A stretch of DNA of 48,349 nt from a virus (lineage: Duplodnaviria; Caudoviricetes): the IMG/VR virus record IMGVR_UViG_3300024988_000243, positions 1 to 48,349 of that record; one strand, given 5' to 3'. Within the stretch, counting starts at the first letter, position 1; each line of letters opens with the position of its first letter. The notes under the pieces were generated by a model that saw only the letters and a list, made by a program, of their open reading frames with translations, was not told the DNA's origin and ran no database searches. This document shows, in pieces, positions 38,915 through 48,349 of the stretch. The translations under genes were made by a program, and so were the position numbers.

Positions 38915-39836
38915 GCTCAGGTAATACGGCTCGAATCTATTATATTGTAACAGATGCACAAAACACTCCAAGACGTTTAATTGACAGCGGGACACAAGCA
39001 GTTGCATGGAGTTGGGACAGTACAGCCTTTGGTCTAGGTGCTCCAACGGGTACAGAAACTTTTAACTTACGTTTTCCAGGTCAGTATTTTGATGCGGCAA
39101 CAGGTCAGTTCTATAATCACAATCGTTATTACAACCCTGAATTGGGTCGTTATATGGAAGCTGATCCGATTGGGTTAGATGGTGGTCTGAATCCGTATGC
39201 GTATGCAGGTAGCAATCCTGTCATGTTTAGTGATCCAAGTGGATTAATGAGTATGTTGGATGATGCTGGTTTATCAATGGTTACAGGTCTTAATAATTCA
39301 TTAAATCAGATTATTCTTAACCAGCAGATTAAACTGTTAAATAGCTCCTTAGCAATGACAGAGTTATCAGATTCTGAGCTAGGTAATATTACAGGGGGGG
39401 TGCCCCATTGTTTTATGTTGGTGGAGCTGCTTTAGGATTTACCCTATCTGTTGATAGTTTGGTAGATGGTCAACCCCCTCAAGGAAAAGGGGCAAAAGTT
39501 GCAGATAAGGCATTTGATTTTTATAGAGGGGCTAAAGCAGCCAATATTCCACATTTTAATCCGCGACCAAGTGACTTTAAAGTTGATCTTAACGGTTTTG
39601 TAAAAAATGGCAGTGACCCTTTTGCGCGAGGAGTATCGTTATTTGATAATTCTAACAGTTTAATTTCAAAGGGGTTTATTCCATATAAGGTTGATCCAAA
39701 AAGTTTTCCAAAAGAACTAGGAATTTTTCAGAGAGCTACAGATCCAAAACATTTTGAAATTATTCCTACTCCTGGAACTTTTTTAACTCCTGAGCAATAT
39801 ATACACTTGTGTTCTCAAATTAAATGTGTGAGATGA
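38903..39836 (+). pseudogene. rhs: Orphan Rhs core plus C-terminal toxin (Tse2/ADP-ribosyltransferase-like), frameshifted at a G7 tract
   Basis: NLRFPGQY...HNRYYNPELGRY...DPIGLDGGLNPYAYAGSNPV..DPSG; toxin FYRG..RGVS..HFEIIP in the next frame; G7 at 39394-39400. Confidence 0.8.
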
Positions 39837-40129
39837 AACTAATGGAAAACTATACTATTAATTCTCCTGATGATTTTCAGGATTATGATTGGGAATATGA
39901 ATCTAAAGGATGCTTAGAAATTGATGTTACAATTTTTGAAGATTCTTATATTTTTAATTTTTATGATATGCGAAGAATATATAATGCAGAGAATGCCAAC
40001 TATCTTGGAAGTAATTGTTTCTACGATAAAAATTTAGTTCTATTATCCAGCGTTAATTTGAATAATATTAAGGATTTTTTGAATAAAATTGTGGAAAGAA
40101 ATGAATTATCATATTTTATTAAAAAGTAA
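39833..40129 (+). CDS. Putative cognate immunity protein
   Basis: Small acidic ORF with ATGA overlap on the toxin stop. Confidence 0.7.
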   Translation: MKLMENYTINSPDDFQDYDWEYESKGCLEIDVTIFEDSYIFNFYDMRRIYNAENANYLGSNCFYDKNLVLLSSVNLNNIKDFLNKIVERNELSYFIKK

Positions 40130-40475
40130 TTAATACGTTATTTAAGTCAATATTGTGTGGCATTTCACTGTTGTAGGGTGGAATAACTAGCTGGTGAAAT
40201 ACTAACCAATTATTCTCCTGAGAGTAATTGGTTTTTTATCAGAGGTTAAAAAGTAGGTGGAGAGAGATTGTATAAGAATATCTATGCATTGAAATAGAGG
40301 TGTTTTATACAGGTCAAGTTAAATTATACTTTTAATATTAACGCAATTTATAGAAACAAATTGGACCAGATCATTAAGAAAGTAGAAGCCACTTTACAAG
40401 CTGCATGATTGGAACTTGATTAAAATTCATAATCAAATTTGTTGAAAAATAGCCTTATCAAGATAGGGCTTTTTT

Positions 40476-41318
40476 ATGGCAAATGACATCAATGGTGTTC
40501 AGGCAGCAAATGCTGATAAGACAACTTTACCCGTGGATTATAGTGCTGATCCATTCTGGGGTTATGTGTCTAAACATAAATTTGCTGAGTTTAATCTATG
40601 CACGATGGAACGTGATGCAGAAACTAAAGAACCAATTTTCTCGTACGACTTGTCACAGCCGACTATTCGAGCATTCTTGACTGATGGGGATATTAGTTTT
40701 GAAAGCCAATGGCAAACTCCGTTTGAGAACTCTAATCCTGAATTAAAAATGCCTATGATGATGGCTGCCCTACAAACTGGGCAAGCTTTGGCTTCAGGTG
40801 GCGCTGCTGGTACAGCGATTCGAAACAATTTGGGTGATGCTGCAGCTGATCTTATTAGTAAAGGATTTCAACCTTTAGCTGATTTTGCAAAAAGTGTTGA
40901 AGGCAAAACCAATCTTAATAAAGTTAATACAACTCAAGTCTTTCTTTCTACAGCTTCAGTTCATCTTAACTTAAGTGTTTTCTTTATTGCTTTAAAAGAT
41001 GCTCGAGCAGAAGTCGAGAACAAATTGATGTATCTCCAGTCTTGGTCATTACCAACAAAATTATCACAAGGAACGGTTCTGACAGATTTAATTTCAGAGG
41101 GAGGAGACGGTTTATTTTCAGGATTAATTCCTCCCTACATCACTGTCACCACACACGGTAAAACTTATATGCCTTTTATTCTCCAAAGTGTATCAGCACC
41201 TATTGTTGCACCTATTGATAAAGAGGGTAATCGACTAAGCCTTAGTGTGAATTTAAGCCTGATTAGTCGAGCAGCTTGGGATGCTCAAGATGTTCGTAAT
41301 TTATATAAAGTCGAATGA
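40476..41318 (+). CDS. Baseplate/tail tube initiator (T4 gp48-like)
   Basis: ESQWQTPFEN and PFILQSVSAP blocks; preceded by a late motif. Confidence 0.6.
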   Translation: MANDINGVQAANADKTTLPVDYSADPFWGYVSKHKFAEFNLCTMERDAETKEPIFSYDLSQPTIRAFLTDGDISFESQWQTPFENSNPELKMPMMMAALQTGQALASGGAAGTAIRNNLGDAAADLISKGFQPLADFAKSVEGKTNLNKVNTTQVFLSTASVHLNLSVFFIALKDARAEVENKLMYLQSWSLPTKLSQGTVLTDLISEGGDGLFSGLIPPYITVTTHGKTYMPFILQSVSAPIVAPIDKEGNRLSLSVNLSLISRAAWDAQDVRNLYKVE

Positions 41319-41328
41319 AGGATAGTAA

Positions 41329-42027
41329 ATGTTAAATTTTGATCCGATCCCTATTGGTGGGAAAACCTATCAGCTAAATGAAATTAGCTTTAATGAGGCG
41401 TTAAAAGTCGCTGCAATTGATCCTAAATTGAATGAGAAACGAATAACGTCTTTTTTGTCTCAAGCTTTGCAGAATCCACAATTACCTTTAATGATGACAG
41501 CTCAAGAACGATATTTCTTGATGATCAAGTATGTGCAAAATCAAACCAATACTTTGTTCTCGAGCAACATGGATTTATCAAATTGCTTTAAAGAACAAAT
41601 GAGTTGGGCTTCGGAGGTTTCCGAAGTTGGTATAACGGTTCGCCAAATAAATGGAAATGAAGCCGAGTATTTAGAATCAAACTGTAAGAATGCAGCAGAA
41701 TGGATTGCATGTTTATTAGCATTTCAGATTAAGTATGAAAATCATGAGTACTTGGGAGAACTCCCAGACCGTAGTGCAATCGATCAAATTTATAAACAGC
41801 AATTCATTCAGCGTTTAGATTATATAAAAGCACTTCCACAAACTGAATTTAATCTGATCTATCTTGATTATTTGAAGCTAAATAGCGAGCTTTTTACTCA
41901 TATAGAGCTAAGTGTGAACAACGAAGGTTTTGTGGTACAGAGAGGTGCAGATGACGCGCCTGTTCGATTTCGTGCCTCTACCTGTTTTATCGGAATTATC
42001 AAAGAGCTGGACAAGTCATTTACTTAG
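41329..42027 (+). CDS. Baseplate/tail assembly protein
   Basis: MTAQERYFLM motif; operon position. Confidence 0.55.
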   Translation: MLNFDPIPIGGKTYQLNEISFNEALKVAAIDPKLNEKRITSFLSQALQNPQLPLMMTAQERYFLMIKYVQNQTNTLFSSNMDLSNCFKEQMSWASEVSEVGITVRQINGNEAEYLESNCKNAAEWIACLLAFQIKYENHEYLGELPDRSAIDQIYKQQFIQRLDYIKALPQTEFNLIYLDYLKLNSELFTHIELSVNNEGFVVQRGADDAPVRFRASTCFIGIIKELDKSFT

Positions 42028-42031
42028 CACA

Positions 42032-42235
42032 GTGCAAAACTTATCAAGTCACTGCAAGATGTCTTTATTCGATACACTACATTTACCTGTGAGTTTTGAA
42101 GCAGATTATTACGCTTCAGATGCTTGGGATGAGCGAAAGAAAGAAATTGAGAATGATGTGCAAAGGCAAAATACATTATTCAAGCTTGGTAATGAAATAA
42201 TTAAATGTATCAATAATTTAGGTTCGAGAAGATGA
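42032..42235 (+). CDS. Small tail assembly chaperone-like protein
   Basis: MSLFDTLHLPVS pattern followed by a charged helix; reading frame is open from 41930. Confidence 0.5.
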   Translation: MQNLSSHCKMSLFDTLHLPVSFEADYYASDAWDERKKEIENDVQRQNTLFKLGNEIIKCINNLGSRR

Positions 42236-43569
42236 ACACAACAAAGATATTAGGTAAGGCGGTTGAAATACAAAGCCAAGGCACAATAGATAATACCGAA
42301 ACACAAACCAAAGAGGGACTGACTTCAGCCTTAATTATTGGGCAATTTATGCGTGGTCGTATCGATAAACCTATGACTATTCATCAAGGTAATATTCGCG
42401 GTCAATTGGGTCATGAGCCTACTAATATTGATTATCAAGCAGTACAGGATTGCTTAGATACTGGTGTACCTAGTGTCCAAGTGTTGCGTGTCGGGCGAGT
42501 GATTGTAGATCCTGAAGTCCCTCATATCATTAGTTGTGAAGGAGCTACTGAAAATATAGGCTTTTTCATAACTGGTAATTGGCAGATTTATATCGATGAT
42601 GAAATAGAGCCATATGTCGGTGAAATTTCAAATGCATTAAGTCAGCTTTTGTCATCTTATTCAGGAAAAATAACAGGGGATTGGGATGGATCAATGTTTA
42701 TGCAAAATATTGATAGTGTTCCTCATAGATTTAGATTTGTTCCAGTAGAAAATGTAAGTCATGTCGCTACTACAGATAATCCAACATTTATGGAACATGA
42801 AGATGGGAGTCTAACCTTTTGCTTAAACTTCGCCGTAGCTCCTGTGGATCAGGATTTATATACACCAGCGATTCTAGCTCTTAATCCAGTGGCTTACTAC
42901 TTAATGAGTGAAACTGTTGGTTCTGTACTTAATGATTCATCATTATCAGGTTATGACGGAGAGATTCAAGAGACCAGTGCTATTACTTATAAAGCTGATA
43001 AGTTGCGTAAAGGCTCACAAGGATCAATGGGTTTTAATATTGCAAGTAACTGGACGACGGCACAATGCTATGTCAGTGATGCTGTTGCAGGGGATACATT
43101 CAAGAAACTTGCTGCATCTGGAAAGTCTTTCACCATAGCCTTTTGGTTCAAACCCATAGGTATTAGAAATTATAATTGGTTAGCCACATATTTGATAAAT
43201 AAAGACTTTGGTGAAGCAAACTATAGACTTATTGCCTATAATGGTAATGCACTTCTTGGGCAGTCACCTGAGAATCTGAGCCAAGTGTTAATTGAAAGTT
43301 ACGATCAGATGATCAATAAAGTCCAGTTTGTAGTGTGGTGCAAAGATAACGCTACAGGTAGGTTTAGTTTAACTGTGAATGGGATGACTAACACTGCTGT
43401 CGTAAATTCAAATGATGCAAGTTCTGATGGTCTAGGATTCTTTTTCCCAATGTCAGCTGGTTATAGCAGCTATGGTTTACGTGGCTATATGTCTGATATG
43501 GCAGTTTTCGACTACGCATTAACAGATGCGCAAATTGCTAATTTGTATCAAAAAGGAAGAATTGTTTAA
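42232..43569 (+). CDS. Sheath N-terminal module fused to a LamG/ConA-like domain
   Basis: First ~88 aa nearly identical to the 26206 ORF; C-terminal ILALNPVAYY...SFTIAFWFK...MSDMAVFDYALTDAQIANLY. Confidence 0.8.
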   Translation: MNTTKILGKAVEIQSQGTIDNTETQTKEGLTSALIIGQFMRGRIDKPMTIHQGNIRGQLGHEPTNIDYQAVQDCLDTGVPSVQVLRVGRVIVDPEVPHIISCEGATENIGFFITGNWQIYIDDEIEPYVGEISNALSQLLSSYSGKITGDWDGSMFMQNIDSVPHRFRFVPVENVSHVATTDNPTFMEHEDGSLTFCLNFAVAPVDQDLYTPAILALNPVAYYLMSETVGSVLNDSSLSGYDGEIQETSAITYKADKLRKGSQGSMGFNIASNWTTAQCYVSDAVAGDTFKKLAASGKSFTIAFWFKPIGIRNYNWLATYLINKDFGEANYRLIAYNGNALLGQSPENLSQVLIESYDQMINKVQFVVWCKDNATGRFSLTVNGMTNTAVVNSNDASSDGLGFFFPMSAGYSSYGLRGYMSDMAVFDYALTDAQIANLYQKGRIV

Positions 43570-43724
43570 TATCATTAGATATCACGATAAACATAAACCA
43601 CCTAATTAGCTGTCCAATACCATTTGAACAGTTCAAAGACGGTGGTTTTTTATTGGAACATCGTCTCAATCATAGAATTTCAATCCTTCAAAATGAACCT
43701 AAATAAACTTAGGTGAATTACAAA

Positions 43725-44120
43725 ATGGCTGAGCCAGTAAGTAGTGGAGTGGGGGCAGCAGCAATTGTGAAGTTCTATGGTCTAATCACAATTTTATCTA
43801 TTGCAGCTTCTTTAGCATATTTGATTGTTGTCATGACTCGTGAACCGCGATCAAGAAAAGAATGGGTTATTTCGCTTGTAACGACACTCGTTGGAAGTAT
43901 TGCAGGTGGTTCGCTTGTCGTTCAACGATTTGGCTTACATGATTGGTCGTCAAACTGGTTCGGTATGTGTGCCTTAGGTGGAATCATTTTTTGTTGCGGA
44001 TTGCCTTTTTGGGCAATTGTCCGTTGGATCTTTAACTATATAAATGCGCGTGAAAACTCGACGATTTTTGAAGTAGTGAAAGAAGTCAAAAAAGAACTCA
44101 AAGGGGAGAATGAAGAATGA
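43725..44120 (+). CDS. Holin
   Basis: Three TM segments, charged C-tail, ATGA coupling to the endolysin. Confidence 0.75.
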   Translation: MAEPVSSGVGAAAIVKFYGLITILSIAASLAYLIVVMTREPRSRKEWVISLVTTLVGSIAGGSLVVQRFGLHDWSSNWFGMCALGGIIFCCGLPFWAIVRWIFNYINARENSTIFEVVKEVKKELKGENEE

Positions 44121-44626
44121 GTAGTTATCCTGAATTACCTTGGATTGCTGAAGCGCGTAAACATATCGGTTTAAGAGAAGATACAAGCAAATTCAAACAT
44201 TCGCCAATCATTATAAGTTGGTTAAAGGCACTTGGCGCATGGTGGATTGATGATGAAACGCCGTGGTGCGGTACTTTCGTTGCTCACTGTTTACAAACCG
44301 CAGGCATTAAATTCCCTAAAGATTGGTTTCGAGCTTTAGCTTATCTAAGTGGTGGCAATAAGCTAACTAATCCAGCGTACGGTTGTGTTGCTGTTAAAAC
44401 ACGTAAGGGAGGTGGTCATGTCTGTTTTGTCGTAGGTACAGACAAATGGACAGGAAAGCTAGTCTGCTTAGGCGGTAATCAGTCAAATATGGTTAGTTAT
44501 GCTTTATATAACGAATCCGATTTTGAAGCTTTTATGTGGTATGGCCAGACATCTAGTCCAGCTCAACATCGTTATGAGTTGCCATTATTGAGTAATGTAA
44601 AAGCAATTGATATAACAGAAGCATAA
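44117..44626 (+). CDS. Endolysin, TIGR02594-type NlpC/P60-like peptidase
   Basis: PWIAEARKHIG, DDETPWCGTFV, GGGHVCFV, LGGNQS. Confidence 0.88.
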   Translation: MSSYPELPWIAEARKHIGLREDTSKFKHSPIIISWLKALGAWWIDDETPWCGTFVAHCLQTAGIKFPKDWFRALAYLSGGNKLTNPAYGCVAVKTRKGGGHVCFVVGTDKWTGKLVCLGGNQSNMVSYALYNESDFEAFMWYGQTSSPAQHRYELPLLSNVKAIDITEA

Positions 44627-44629
44627 ATT

Positions 44630-44666
44630 AAAAACGCTGATTATTATCATTAATAATCAGCATTTT
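44630..44666. terminator. Bidirectional terminator
   Basis: GCTGATTATTA...TAATAATCAGC flanked by A/T runs. Confidence 0.7.
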
Positions 44667-44675
44667 TAAAAATAG

Positions 44676-45026
44676 TCAATTAATGTGAATTGGATGCCAC
44701 TTATTTTTACTCATTAGATTCGATACTTTGACTTTATATTTTTCTGCTGAAAGTGCATTTTTTTCTTGATGTCTTGTTCTATTACAAAAAAGGCAAGCAG
44801 CTACAATATTAGTTCTTTGGTTTGTACCTCCATCTTGCCGTGCAACAATGTGTTCAGCAGTACATTTTAATAACTGTGCAGAATCTTCTGTAACTCTGTA
44901 GAGCTGACAAAATTCTTTCAGATTTTTAGTCCACATTGGTTGATTACAGTAAAAACAAAGACCATTTTGATTTTTAAAAGATAATGCTCTATATGATCTA
45001 ATAGAACTAGAGAATTTTTTTTTCAT
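44676..45026 (-). CDS. Small HNH endonuclease
   Basis: CFYC...AEHIVARQDGG...NIVAACLFCNRTRH; likely ATG at 45026. Confidence 0.88.
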   Translation of the reverse strand: MKKKFSSSIRSYRALSFKNQNGLCFYCNQPMWTKNLKEFCQLYRVTEDSAQLLKCTAEHIVARQDGGTNQRTNIVAACLFCNRTRHQEKNALSAEKYKVKVSNLMSKNKWHPIHIN

Positions 45027-45419
45027 AGAAGCTCCGATACAAATAAATTTGTTGAAGCTTCTGTGCGTTGGTGTTGCCAAGAAGTGTAAGGTGTTTGGAT
45101 TAGAAACAAGCTAATATTTAATGAATTTTTACCTAGACAAAAAATACAGCAATGTTAAAACAGTACTTACATTCATTAATGATGAACTACATATAAAATA
45201 ATTGAAGTAAAAGTTAGTGTCAATAAGAAAGAAATACGAAAATTAAAATTCTTTAAAAAACAATGATTAATTTTCATTAAAAAAGATAACTGCTTTAGTT
45301 TTATAAATAAATATCACTATGAACATATCAATTAACTATTTTATAGAGAAATGAATTTCATAAGTGTAAAAATAATATAGCTATAAAAATACTTCGGTAA
45401 TATAATTTTTGTAGAAATA

Positions 45420-46667
45420 TTATAATATTTGATTAATATGATTGTTTCTATTTTCTCCCAAGACAACAATTTCAATCTCGTTCATTGCAGAACGTAATTT
45501 TTTATCACTAATCTGAACATAGCCTGTGATGACATCATTCTTGTCCTCCTTCTTATGATTTAGTAGTTTTTTAATTGTATATTTCCCATAGTCCAAACTT
45601 TCGGCAATAGATCCATAGGTACGGCGCAGATCATGAAATGTAAACTGGATACCACAACTTTTATTGATCTTAGCTCTAACTTTTGAAATATTTGTTATGT
45701 GGCCAGATTCAGATTTTGCAGAAGGGAAAACCCAATCTACAGTAATTTGCTTTCTACGCTTCTTCATCATTTCCCAGAGGAAATCGCCCATTGGTAGGGT
45801 GTGTGGTACATTGTTCTTAGGATCTATTGAAGTGATATACCCATATTTTAAATCCAAATCAGACCATGCTAGTGACTCGCATTCTTCACGTCTAAAGCCG
45901 GTTAGGATTAACGTGATGAGAAAGTCTTTGTTGGTCTCAAGCTGCTGTCCTCGATCTTCAAAGTTTAGAACAGCTTTAATCCAATCTGATAGCTTGTCTT
46001 GATTGATATATGAGCTACGTCTACGAATCTTATTCCATGACTTTTTAGTTGTTAAAGTTTTGACTGGATTGAGTGGGGGGATGATGGGTTGTTCATCGTC
46101 ATCTAGATAGTATTCGATCGAAAAATTATAAATTGCTCGAAACACACGCATACACATATTGGCTTGAGCTTTACTGTTAACTGAAAGCTCTTTATGTTTT
46201 TCTTGAACCATTATTCTAGTAATGTCTTTAAGCTTAGTATCCTTCCAAGCTTTTAAGTAGCCATTAACCACATCACTGTAATCTTCTAATGTACGCAGCT
46301 TTAATGTTCGTTCATTAATATAGACGAGATATGCTTCATTTAAAGTCGGCTGAGAATTTTCAATATCAAAAATTGATTTAGCATCTGCAATCTTCTTCTT
46401 TTTCTTATCTATTGGCTTTATACCCATCGTTATGTCTAAAAGAGCTTCTTGAGCCAATACTCTTGCTTGAGCCAGAGTAATTTGGCCATGAATACCTAGA
46501 GTAGACCGAGTAGACCTGCCATTAACCTTTTTCTCAACAATATAAGTTTTATATGAAGTATTTACACGCACAGCAAAGCCAATTAACTCGCTATCACGAT
46601 AAATCGCAGGAATTAATTCGAGTTGATCAATAAATGACTTAGTTAGCTTTACTCTATCAGCTGACAT
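45420..46667 (-). CDS. int: Tyrosine integrase with arm-binding domain
   Basis: LTGFRREE, HDLRRT, LLNH, GYV catalytic set; N-terminal arm DNA-binding domain. Confidence 0.95.
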   Translation of the reverse strand: MSADRVKLTKSFIDQLELIPAIYRDSELIGFAVRVNTSYKTYIVEKKVNGRSTRSTLGIHGQITLAQARVLAQEALLDITMGIKPIDKKKKKIADAKSIFDIENSQPTLNEAYLVYINERTLKLRTLEDYSDVVNGYLKAWKDTKLKDITRIMVQEKHKELSVNSKAQANMCMRVFRAIYNFSIEYYLDDDEQPIIPPLNPVKTLTTKKSWNKIRRRSSYINQDKLSDWIKAVLNFEDRGQQLETNKDFLITLILTGFRREECESLAWSDLDLKYGYITSIDPKNNVPHTLPMGDFLWEMMKKRRKQITVDWVFPSAKSESGHITNISKVRAKINKSCGIQFTFHDLRRTYGSIAESLDYGKYTIKKLLNHKKEDKNDVITGYVQISDKKLRSAMNEIEIVVLGENRNNHINQIL

Positions 46668-46723
46668 AAGCTAGAATCCGCTTGTTTTAACAACAATTAG
46701 CTACATATTACAATAATTCTTAC

Positions 46724-46742
46724 GGTCTACTATAGGTCTACT
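46724..46742. repeat. Tandem GGTCTACT repeat, putative integrase arm sites
   Basis: GGTCTACT at 46724 and 46735 (11 bp period), upstream of int. Confidence 0.55.
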
Positions 46743-46828
46743 CAAGAAAAAACTTGTAATTCAAATTGAATTTGGCTAATATTGTTTTTGAATGGAAATG
46801 TTGATAATACAAGCATTTACAGTTTATA

Positions 46829-46905
<77 letters not shown>

Positions 46906-46912
46906 TATAAAG

Positions 46913-46948
46913 CAACCGCTTAGGTGTACTAATCCTAAGTGGTTTTTT
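46913..46948 (+). terminator. Intrinsic terminator after the tRNA
   Basis: AACCGCTTAGG...CCTAAGTGGTTTTTT. Confidence 0.75.
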
Positions 46949-47326
46949 AATATCTAAATCTATGTAAGCACTATGTAATTGTAAGTTTTCGTGCAATTTT
47001 GCACTGAAATTTTATATATTATTTTGCACTAATTCATAAAATAAGCCATGCATATGCATGGCTTTATTCATTTTAATTTCTGAAATAAATAATATTTGGA
47101 CCGCCCAATGATCCTGTAAGAATTCTACCTAAGTTTTGGATCTGTTCCATTGAAGCATAGGCAACTTTATATACTAGTGTTTCATTGTTAGCGGTATTCA
47201 CGTTACGCATAGATAACGGTAGCCTAATCCTTCAAGTTGCTCTATCGCCTTAATTCTATATCTGACTCAGTTACCTTAGTCATCACATTCGCCCCAGACT
47301 TATGGTTCTTGTTGTATGTTGCTTTC

Positions 47327-48349
47327 TCAAATATCTTCTTGGACGTTATAACCATACTGCTGAATACCAGCCATCATCTCTCCAGTGTAATTATGGCAAG
47401 CTTGTAAATAAGTTTCTGCATCTGACCATAATACACCTGAGACACCAGAGGCATTTAACGGAATGACTGTTACTTGCTCTCCAATCTGAACAATTGGCTT
47501 GGTCAAAGAGCACTGGATTTGAATTTTATGTGCTTCATGATTCCAATCAATATGTTCAGACTCAAACTCTCGACTTCCTCCTACAACAGTTAGCTCTATA
47601 TTTGTCTCGGTTGGCGTTTGGTTTAATTGCTTAAATTCCATTACACGTGCAATTGAACATGGGTCATGATAACAAGACTCCAACTGCGAACCTTTCTGAA
47701 CACCTGAGAAGTCAAATGCTATTGTAGACTCGGGAATTGTTGGGATCTCAGTTTCTGTTGGTATTTCCACAGCAGATTCGATGGGTTGTTGTGCCGCTTG
47801 TTGTGGCTTGACCTCATCCATTGGAATGACAAACTTTTTCACTTTCCAACTTAAGCCATCACGTTCCATAATGATTTTTAACTGTTTTTCATTGTTTGGA
47901 TTTTTGAATGTGACTTCAAACATGTTCATCGATAAATAACGTGTGCTATAATCTAATGTTTCTTGTGAAATTGTCTGATTTGATGATTGCTCTGTATGTG
48001 CTTTTAAGCTGTCTTTGAAATCTTTTCCTTGGAGCATCAATGTCATACCTTCAGGCGTAACGACAGCATCTACCATTTTATCAACCATGGTTGTTGCGAT
48101 CATTGTTCCCAATGCTTCCCAACCATTAGTTTCTTTTGATGCCATTTCCTTAACCATGTAAGCATTCATTTGATCTTTGAAGCTCTGACGGACACTGGGA
48201 TAGTCCATGTATGCAGAGACTTTCTCACTGTCACCTGCTTGTGCTGCATTCTTAATGCTATTGAGGACGAGATAGGGGGAAGCATAATAGTAGCCCCCAA
48301 CTAGTACGATAACGACAGCGATTATAGCCCCGATCAATTTCTTATTCAT
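47327..48349 (-). CDS. DUF2939-like membrane-anchored protein (outside the element)
   Basis: N-terminal TM, YASPYL...DYPSVRQSFKDQ...VTPEG pattern. Confidence 0.7.
   Translation of the reverse strand: MNKKLIGAIIAVVIVLVGGYYYASPYLVLNSIKNAAQAGDSEKVSAYMDYPSVRQSFKDQMNAYMVKEMASKETNGWEALGTMIATTMVDKMVDAVVTPEGMTLMLQGKDFKDSLKAHTEQSSNQTISQETLDYSTRYLSMNMFEVTFKNPNNEKQLKIIMERDGLSWKVKKFVIPMDEVKPQQAAQQPIESAVEIPTETEIPTIPESTIAFDFSGVQKGSQLESCYHDPCSIARVMEFKQLNQTPTETNIELTVVGGSREFESEHIDWNHEAHKIQIQCSLTKPIVQIGEQVTVIPLNASGVSGVLWSDAETYLQACHNYTGEMMAGIQQYGYNVQEDI

Noticed and set aside
45664-46002. Plus-strand 112 aa ORF
   Set aside because: Antisense to the integrase.

Overview
AT-rich window, probably Acinetobacter (inferred from gene content, not proven). 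It holds a ~46 kb integrated prophage-like element (~800-46800) between a host acyltransferase gene and a tRNA-Ile2(CAT) gene. The element joins a lambdoid switch and replication block (cI, cro, O-like initiator, DnaC-like loader) to a largely intact P1-like myovirus morphogenesis set (capsid, portal, protease, sheath, tube, baseplate, fibres, tape measure-lysozyme), a holin/endolysin pair and a tyrosine integrase. It looks grounded: no terminase or att direct repeat is visible, the excisionase-like gene is degenerate, and the DdrB-like gene is broken and joined to an Rhs-core/toxin/immunity cassette. Main signals not explained by the gene list: (i) 14 copies of a GGAAC-N28/29-(C)AAAAT motif before structural operons, often overlapped by RBS-occluding hairpins; (ii) an FDS tripeptide concentrated in putative head and cargo proteins; (iii) a three-way-junction RNA with its own convergent promoter right behind a PBECR-type nuclease, with a similar arrangement behind an LPD3-like domain; (iv) a split sheath whose N-terminal module has a second copy fused to a LamG-like domain. 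All family assignments come from motif recognition by eye; no searches were run.
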